DNA of 64,000 nt from Myxococcota bacterium (lineage in GTDB: Bacteria > Myxococcota_C > UBA6777), in NCBI GenBank assembly GCA_023150835.1, contig JAKLKB010000024.1, forward strand, positions 4,534 to 68,533, in the 5' to 3' direction. The position numbers and the translations under genes are program-made. Below the pieces are notes generated by a model. It saw nothing but the letters and a program-made list of their open reading frames with translations, was not told the DNA's origin and searched no databases. Within the stretch, counting starts at the first letter, position 1, and each line of letters starts with the position of its first letter. Below are positions 58,148 to 64,000 of this stretch, piece after piece.

Positions 58148-60352
58148 TCATTCGGGGTATTGGACTTTGGCAGGGGTTGAGATCGAGTCCGAGGAGCCAT
58201 CTCCGAGAAAGCCGTTGCCTCGGTATCCCCAGCAGTGAGTCGTGTTGTTTTTCAACACGGCGCAAGTGTGGAATTTGCCAGCGGAGATCTGCTGAACATC
58301 GGACAAGGAGGCGAGCTTGGTGGGGCTGTTGAGGAGGGGGGTTGATCCCTCGCTGGCTTGATTTTGGTCGTTTTTGCCCCAGCAATAGGCTGTGCCATCT
58401 TTGACAACGGCGCACGTGTGTTCGTTTCCGCCCGATACCTGCACGACACCGGTCAAGTTTGGAACTTGGACGAGTTTGCGTGGCTCCGTGTCAGCTTTGC
58501 CGAGTTGTCCTGAAGAGTTGTCTCCCCAACAGGTGACCGTTCCGTCTTGGCGGACTGCGCAGGTGTGCGCAGTCCCAGAGGAGATCTGTTTGACGTTTTC
58601 GATGCCTTGGATTTTTTTCGGGGCTTCACCACAAGAAACGAAACTGTCGCAGAATTTCTGCATGGCCTGTCCTTCACGGTTCTCTCCCCAACAATACACA
58701 CTTCCATTGTTATCAAGAGCGCAGGTGTGTTTCGAACCAGCCGAGATTTGCAGGATGTTGTTGAGATAAGGCACACGGACGGGGTGAGCGATGTGTGGGT
58801 TGATGTGTACGGTGTCGGGTTCGAGCCCGATGCCGAGCCGCATATCGGACTGAGCGCCCCAACAAGCCACATATCCGTCGTTGAGGACAGCGCAAGTATG
58901 TTGGCCGCCTGTTGATATCTGTTTGACGTTCGCGAGCTGGACGACAGGTATGGGGGCCAAGCGCTTTTCTTGCGTGTTGTCTCCAAGTTGTCCAAATTCG
59001 TTATCCCCCCAACAATGGGCCGTTCCGTCGTTGAGGACAGCGCAGGTTTGAGCCGCACCTACGGAGACTTGTTTCACGTTGGCGAGAGTCGCGACTTGTG
59101 TGGGGGCTCCTCCCTGTTGTGATGTGCTGCCGAGTTGCCCAAAATCGTTGTTTCCCCAGCAGTGTGCGGTGTTGTCTTCGAGAACGGCGCAAGAGTGAGA
59201 GGAGCCAGCGGAGACGCTTTTGGTCTTTGTAGAAAGTTGCGCTTGGATCGGCTTTTTAGCGTTTTGGTGGGTGCCGTTGCCCAATTTCCCTAAACCGACT
59301 TCTCCCCAACATCGGGTGGTTCCGTCTTTGAGTGCGACGCAGGTATAACAGCCTCCTGCGGAGGCGTATTGCACTTCGGACAGCTCACCGATCTGCACAG
59401 GGCTTGTTTGATGGCGGGACGAGGTGCGATCAAGCTGCTTACAGGTGTTGTCTCCCCAGCAATGGAGGCTTCCGTCTTCGAGCGTGGCGCAGGTGTGATG
59501 ATGACGAGTGGAGATGTGTTTGGCGTTGGCGATGCCTTTGACTTGGACGGGGGTTGTGCGGTTTTCGGTGGTGCCGTCTCCAAGCTCTCCTTCTGTATTG
59601 AGTCCCCAGCATCGGACGGTACCGTCTTGGAGTAGCGCGCAGGTGTGCGCATGGCCGATCTCGATCTGCTTGGCGTTTGTGAGGCCCTTGACTTGGACGG
59701 GGGTTGTGCGGCTTTCGGTGGTGCCGTCCCCAAGCTCTCCATACGAATTGCCTCCCCAGCATCGGGCCGTTCCATCGTTGAGCAGCGCGCAGGTCTGGTA
59801 GTTGGCAGCGAAGATCTGCTTGATGTCGGTGATGCCTTTGACTTGGACGGGGGTTGTGCGGCTTTCGGTGGTGCCGTCCCCAAGCTCTCCTTGACTGTTG
59901 TGCCCCCAGCATTGGGCCGTTCCGTCTTGGAGTAGCGCGCAGGTGTGCCAGTAGCCTGTGGATATCTGCTGGACGTTCTTCAACGGCTGGATCAGCACAG
60001 GTTTGGTGTCGGAACCCTTTGAGTTCTCGCCTGTGTAACCGTGAATTCCCCAACAGAAGACTGTTCCGTCTTGGAGCAGCGCGCAAGTGTACCGGTAGTT
60101 TAAAGATATCTGCTTGACTTTGGACAGACCTTTGATTTCCACAGGGGTGCTTCGGTTCTCTTTCGTTCCATCCCCCAATTGTCCATCCGAGTTGTTGCCC
60201 CAACAGTACACGCTTTCGTTGGAAAGTATCGCGCAAGTGTGTACCATTCCTGCGGAGATCTGCATGGTGGTTGGTGCATGAGAACAAGCAGGCAAGAGCG
60301 CACCAAGGGCGAACGCGCAGAAGATAGATCGCCACGAGAGTTTTTCGATCAT
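58148..60352 (-). CDS. RCC1-repeat beta-propeller lipoprotein (~13 repeats)
   Basis: Lipobox LLPAC; repeating CWGxNxxGQLGDGT units. Confidence 0.75.
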   Translation of the reverse strand: MIEKLSWRSIFCAFALGALLPACSHAPTTMQISAGMVHTCAILSNESVYCWGNNSDGQLGDGTKENRSTPVEIKGLSKVKQISLNYRYTCALLQDGTVFCWGIHGYTGENSKGSDTKPVLIQPLKNVQQISTGYWHTCALLQDGTAQCWGHNSQGELGDGTTESRTTPVQVKGITDIKQIFAANYQTCALLNDGTARCWGGNSYGELGDGTTESRTTPVQVKGLTNAKQIEIGHAHTCALLQDGTVRCWGLNTEGELGDGTTENRTTPVQVKGIANAKHISTRHHHTCATLEDGSLHCWGDNTCKQLDRTSSRHQTSPVQIGELSEVQYASAGGCYTCVALKDGTTRCWGEVGLGKLGNGTHQNAKKPIQAQLSTKTKSVSAGSSHSCAVLEDNTAHCWGNNDFGQLGSTSQQGGAPTQVATLANVKQVSVGAAQTCAVLNDGTAHCWGDNEFGQLGDNTQEKRLAPIPVVQLANVKQISTGGQHTCAVLNDGYVACWGAQSDMRLGIGLEPDTVHINPHIAHPVRVPYLNNILQISAGSKHTCALDNNGSVYCWGENREGQAMQKFCDSFVSCGEAPKKIQGIENVKQISSGTAHTCAVRQDGTVTCWGDNSSGQLGKADTEPRKLVQVPNLTGVVQVSGGNEHTCAVVKDGTAYCWGKNDQNQASEGSTPLLNSPTKLASLSDVQQISAGKFHTCAVLKNNTTHCWGYRGNGFLGDGSSDSISTPAKVQYPE

Positions 60353-61052
60353 AACGAACCTCCGGGTTGTTAGGCGTGAGGCCCAACATGGGCCGATATC
60401 CACGCATGAAGTTTCTAGGTTTTCCCTGTTTTATGGGCTTCGATGTAAGGCAAGTCCTCAAATCCCCAGACTTTCAAACGCAGAAGTCATGTTTCGCCTT
60501 TTTAGAAAAGTAGCGTTAAAAAGTCTTTGTTTTTGATGGCAGTCGTGCTATAAATCAAAAGGCGTGCCAGATAGCCTTGAGCGACGGGTTGGAGGGCGAA
60601 ACTTCAAGCGGAAAGGCCAATAGAGAAGGGCGTGGCGTGGGGGGGGATTGCTTGGGATGGGTGGGCAGAAGCTGGTTTCGATAGGCGCAAGCCTGCTCCG
60701 ATCAGGCGAGAGCAGGCTCCCACAGGCGAACGGCTGCTCCATCTGGAGTGGTGTGGTATCCGTCAAGCGCGAGATCGAAGTGATCAGGGCAGGCTCCCTC
60801 GTGGCTCCACCAAAACAGAATCGCAGCACGCGAACGCACCGATAGGTTGAGCGCACTTCTTTCGGATCTCGTGTTGGTTTGTCGATTTTCTCGAAGGCGG
60901 TTGTTTCTTTCGCTTTTTTCTTGTACGCTCCCCTCCATCTTTTTTTGCAACCCTGTCTTTGCTCCCTGATGGCCCATACAAGATCCTGCCCGCAAGCCGC
61001 GACCGCGTAGGGGCTGTCCCCATCACTCAACGAAAACACTTTGGAGGTTCCG

Positions 61053-61754
61053 ATGGCTCTCCCTAAATCCAACGCGCCGACCCAACAATACTATCGCTCT
61101 GGCATCCACCTTGAGGCCATGCTCGATCTCGAAGATTGCACACGCGATCTGCTGCCCTCGATCGCTACCCACAACGAACACTTCGCCTCTCTGCTTGCCC
61201 AAGACGATAAACTCCAAGCTCTTTCCATCAAAGCCTATGCTCGCCTTCTTTGGGCAGACAACCATCTCGATAACCTCGTCCGTGATCTCTCCGCTGATCT
61301 CAAAAAGATCGATCGCCATCAACCCACCCTCCGCGCCCACGAACGCTTTTTCCCCGAAGGCGGCTTTGCCGGCGTCATCCAACCCTCTGGACGCGCTGTC
61401 TCCTCAGAGATCGACACCCTGCGCAAGCGGTTCCCCGTCCTCGATGACCTTTGCTCCCAAGCCCCTGAACTCGCCGCGCATCTCCAAAGCCTCGAAGCCG
61501 CTTGCAAAACCGCCGAAGCCGCTCTCGCTGCCGTCACTCGCCTCGATCAACAACGCGCCCAACTCAGCGTCGAGGCCGACATTCTTCGCAACGCATGGCG
61601 CACCGCTGCCTACCAGATCGAAGGCGAACTCAATCGTCGATTCCCCGGTCGCAAAGATATCGTCCGTGATTTCTTCTACTCCCCTTCGTCTGAATCCTCC
61701 ACCGCCACCGCTTCCGATGCTCCCACACCGCCTTCTCCCAACCAACCTTCCTGA
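61053..61754 (+). CDS. Hypothetical alpha-helical protein
   Basis: GGAGG RBS 7 nt upstream of the ATG. Confidence 0.45.
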   Translation: MALPKSNAPTQQYYRSGIHLEAMLDLEDCTRDLLPSIATHNEHFASLLAQDDKLQALSIKAYARLLWADNHLDNLVRDLSADLKKIDRHQPTLRAHERFFPEGGFAGVIQPSGRAVSSEIDTLRKRFPVLDDLCSQAPELAAHLQSLEAACKTAEAALAAVTRLDQQRAQLSVEADILRNAWRTAAYQIEGELNRRFPGRKDIVRDFFYSPSSESSTATASDAPTPPSPNQPS

Positions 61755-61813
61755 ACCTCGTACGCCCTCGCTGCCTCGGAATTCTTCGTTCTCCCGCACA
61801 AAAGCTCTCCTCC

Positions 61814-61990
61814 CACTCGGGCAAAAGCCGTTCGTGCGCTTCAACGAAGTTTTCCCGCTCGGGCAAAAGCCGTTCGTGCGCTTCAACGAAGTTTTCCCGC
61901 TCGGGCAAAAGCCGTTCGTGCGCTTCAACGAAGTTTTCCCGCTCGGGCAAAAGCCGTTCGTGCGCTTCAACGAAGTTTTCCGCTCGAACA
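61814..61990. repeat. 42-bp tandem repeat x~4.3 (ctcgggcaaaagccgttcgtgcgcttcaacgaagttttcccg)
   Basis: Direct reading. Confidence 0.8.
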
Positions 61991-62139
61991 AAGGCCGTCC
62001 GTCTACCCGACCCCGCTAGGCTCCGCGAGAAACCGAAAACCGTCTCGCAACCCAAGCGATACGAAATCCGAAAGATGTGTGATCAAGGCGCGTATGGGGT
62101 GGAACCCCACAAAAACCATCGAACCGCGTAAGTCCGATG

Positions 62140-62472
62140 CTATTTGTTTTGGAGAGCGCAGCCAGCGCGGGGGCTGATGTAACGGGCGGTAGAGGAATTC
62201 CAGAGCATAAGGGCGGTGGCGGTGGCGGTGACGGATTTGGTGGGGGTGTCGATGTGGATGCGGCTGTAGGGGAGGACTTGTCGGACGTAGCGTTTGCAAT
62301 CTTCTTCGGGTCGTCGGGTGACAAAGAGGCAGGAGCAAGTGTTTTGGGCGTACCAAGCGGAGTTGAGTTCGGCGAGGTTGCGGAGGTTGCGGCGATTTTG
62401 GAAGAGCCAAAAGCCCGTGAGAAGGAGAAAGAAGAACAGGACGGTGGCGAGCCACTTGAGGATGCGTTTCAT
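62140..62472 (-). CDS. Small hypothetical membrane protein
   Basis: N-terminal TM helix; ORF only. Confidence 0.25.
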   Translation of the reverse strand: MKRILKWLATVLFFFLLLTGFWLFQNRRNLRNLAELNSAWYAQNTCSCLFVTRRPEEDCKRYVRQVLPYSRIHIDTPTKSVTATATALMLWNSSTARYISPRAGCALQNK

Positions 62473-62490
62473 CGGCGGTTTGCTCCGTGT

Positions 62491-63972
62491 TTAGGGTCGT
62501 TGGGATGCGGGTTGGAGGGGGACTTGGGGCGGTGTTTTGGAGGGAGGGTTGTTGGGAGCGGGGGTGGGGGGAGAGCGACGGGCTTCGAGATCAGGCTTTC
62601 CTGTGGGGGAGGGAGGGAGTTTGGTTTGGACGGCGTTGAAGAGAAGCTCTAAGAAGCGTTCTTCTTTGAAGGTGTCGTCGCGGTTGTCGGAGGTGAGGAC
62701 GACGACGAGATCGTGGGAAGGGAAAGCGTAGATGCGCTGGCCCCAATGGCCGCTTGCGCGGAGCATATCGCGGGGGGCTTTGGGAAAGCGAGGGGGGACG
62801 TTGTTTTCGGGGCGCCCGACGTTGAGCCACCAATGCGCGCCGTATTCGCCTTTTTCGTCTGCGGGTGGAACGGTGGCGGTGAAAGCGACCCATCCTTCGG
62901 GCAAGAGGCGCTTGTTTTCCCACAGGCCGTCGTTGAGGTAGAGGTAGCCGAACTTGGCCAACTGGCGGGGCGATGCGTAGAGATAAGAGGAACCGACGAC
63001 GTTGTTGGAGCCGTCGCGTTGCCAAGTGACGTTTTTCATGCCGATGCGATCGAAGAGATGGGTCCACATCCATGTGTCCATGTTTTGGCCTTTAAGGGCG
63101 GAGCGCAAGACGGCGACGGCGAGATTGCTGGTGCCGCTGGAATAGTACCAATGGGAGCCGGGCTGGAAGCGCATGGGTTGTTGGGCGGCAAAGGCTCCCA
63201 TATCTTTGCGGCCTTCGCTGTAGAGCATGGCCAAGACAGAAGAATCGAAGAAAGAGGCTTCGTAGCCTTCGCGCCAAAAGAGGCCGGGGGTCATTTGGAG
63301 GAGATGGCGGATCGTGATGGTTTTGTGTTGTCCGCGATCCAAGGGCTTGTAGAGGGTGGAGGCGGGCTGATCGAGCGAAAGCAGTCCTTGTTGCTTGGCG
63401 ATACCGTAGAGGGCGTTGACGAAGCTTTTGCTGACAGACCAAGCGAGATGGGGGCGATCTTTGTCAAAGCCACGAGCGTATTTTTCAAACGCGAGATAGC
63501 CGCCTTTGACGATCACCAAGCCGTCGGTACGGATGCCTTTGCGATCTTGGTCGTTGCCTGTACGGGCAAAGGTGTATTGATCGAGTGCTGCGAGGGCTTT
63601 GGCGTTGATGCCGAGGTCTTCGGGCTTTTTGGTTTGCCATTGTTGGGTCGGCCAGTAGGTGCGGTTGCGTACGACGGGAGAATAGGCGGTGATGGCTTGG
63701 CCCAAGGTCTTGAGGCCGACGGGGAGGGGGTTGGGTTCGGGCTGTTTACAGGCGATGAGCCAAGGAAGGCAAAGCAAGCAAAGAAGGGGTGTAAGGTGAG
63801 AGGGCAGGGTGAGGGGAGTGGTTTTGAGGGAGGCATAGGGTCGGTAGATGCGGAAGAAAGCGAAGAGAGCGCGTGCGGCGAAGAAGAAGCCAGCAAGTTG
63901 AAGGAATCGCGGAAGCAAGGGGCGAAGGGAGTCACGGGGGGCGCCTGCGTCTTGGAGGGTGACGTGGAGCAT
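62491..63972 (-). CDS. Beta-lactamase-family serine hydrolase (lipoprotein-like N-terminus)
   Basis: SVSK (SxxK) nucleophile motif; YSS (YxN-like) region; size. Confidence 0.6.
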   Translation of the reverse strand: MLHVTLQDAGAPRDSLRPLLPRFLQLAGFFFAARALFAFFRIYRPYASLKTTPLTLPSHLTPLLCLLCLPWLIACKQPEPNPLPVGLKTLGQAITAYSPVVRNRTYWPTQQWQTKKPEDLGINAKALAALDQYTFARTGNDQDRKGIRTDGLVIVKGGYLAFEKYARGFDKDRPHLAWSVSKSFVNALYGIAKQQGLLSLDQPASTLYKPLDRGQHKTITIRHLLQMTPGLFWREGYEASFFDSSVLAMLYSEGRKDMGAFAAQQPMRFQPGSHWYYSSGTSNLAVAVLRSALKGQNMDTWMWTHLFDRIGMKNVTWQRDGSNNVVGSSYLYASPRQLAKFGYLYLNDGLWENKRLLPEGWVAFTATVPPADEKGEYGAHWWLNVGRPENNVPPRFPKAPRDMLRASGHWGQRIYAFPSHDLVVVLTSDNRDDTFKEERFLELLFNAVQTKLPPSPTGKPDLEARRSPPTPAPNNPPSKTPPQVPLQPASQRP

Positions 63973-64000
63973 GGTCTCAAGCCAAAGGCCAAGGGTCCAA

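Noticed and set aside
60404-61052. ORFs 60548-61072(-), 60632-60850(+), 60702-60995(-) and 60784-61026(-)
   Set aside because: Short, mutually overlapping, with no RBS or motif; the region is more likely the divergent promoter space between the RCC1 gene and the 61053 gene.
61111-62055. ORFs 61111-62019(+), 61404-61991(-) and 61630-62055(-) spanning the 42-bp repeat
   Set aside because: Periodic peptides generated by the tandem repeat in every frame; they overlap the better-supported 61053-61754 gene.

Overview
GC-rich bacterial chromosomal segment. Most of it is housekeeping and envelope functions: pyk, clpX, rplM-rpsI, cysE, msrA and corA. A complete minus-strand type II secretion operon (gspC-D-E-F-G-H-I-J-K-L-M-N, ~25.5-40.3 kb) sits immediately downstream of an NtrC-type sigma-54 activator, and a candidate sigma-54 promoter lies upstream of gspC. 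The most unusual locus is a plus-strand six-gene operon (1.6-7.5 kb): ACP, a GcvT-fold protein, SDR, an FabD-fold acyltransferase, an FabZ-like dehydratase, and an alkyl-DHAP-synthase-like FAD enzyme. It looks like an undescribed ether-lipid-type pathway with no ketosynthase. The window is full of two short interspersed repeat families: a REP-like hairpin family (GTAGGGGCAGCCCCCTGTGGCTGCCC) present as single copies and tandem arrays, and a ~130-bp structured element. One copy of the ~130-bp element lies inside the T2SS operon between gspL and gspM. Other intergenic tandem repeats with hairpin units occur at several sites. Further oddities are a second ClpX paralog lacking the zinc-binding domain, a 1401-aa low-complexity membrane protein, an rpsI with internal insertions, and several conserved-looking hypotheticals. 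One of these is a 631-aa protein with a candidate PD-(D/E)xK nuclease motif. All domain calls come from reading motifs in the supplied translations; no searches were run.
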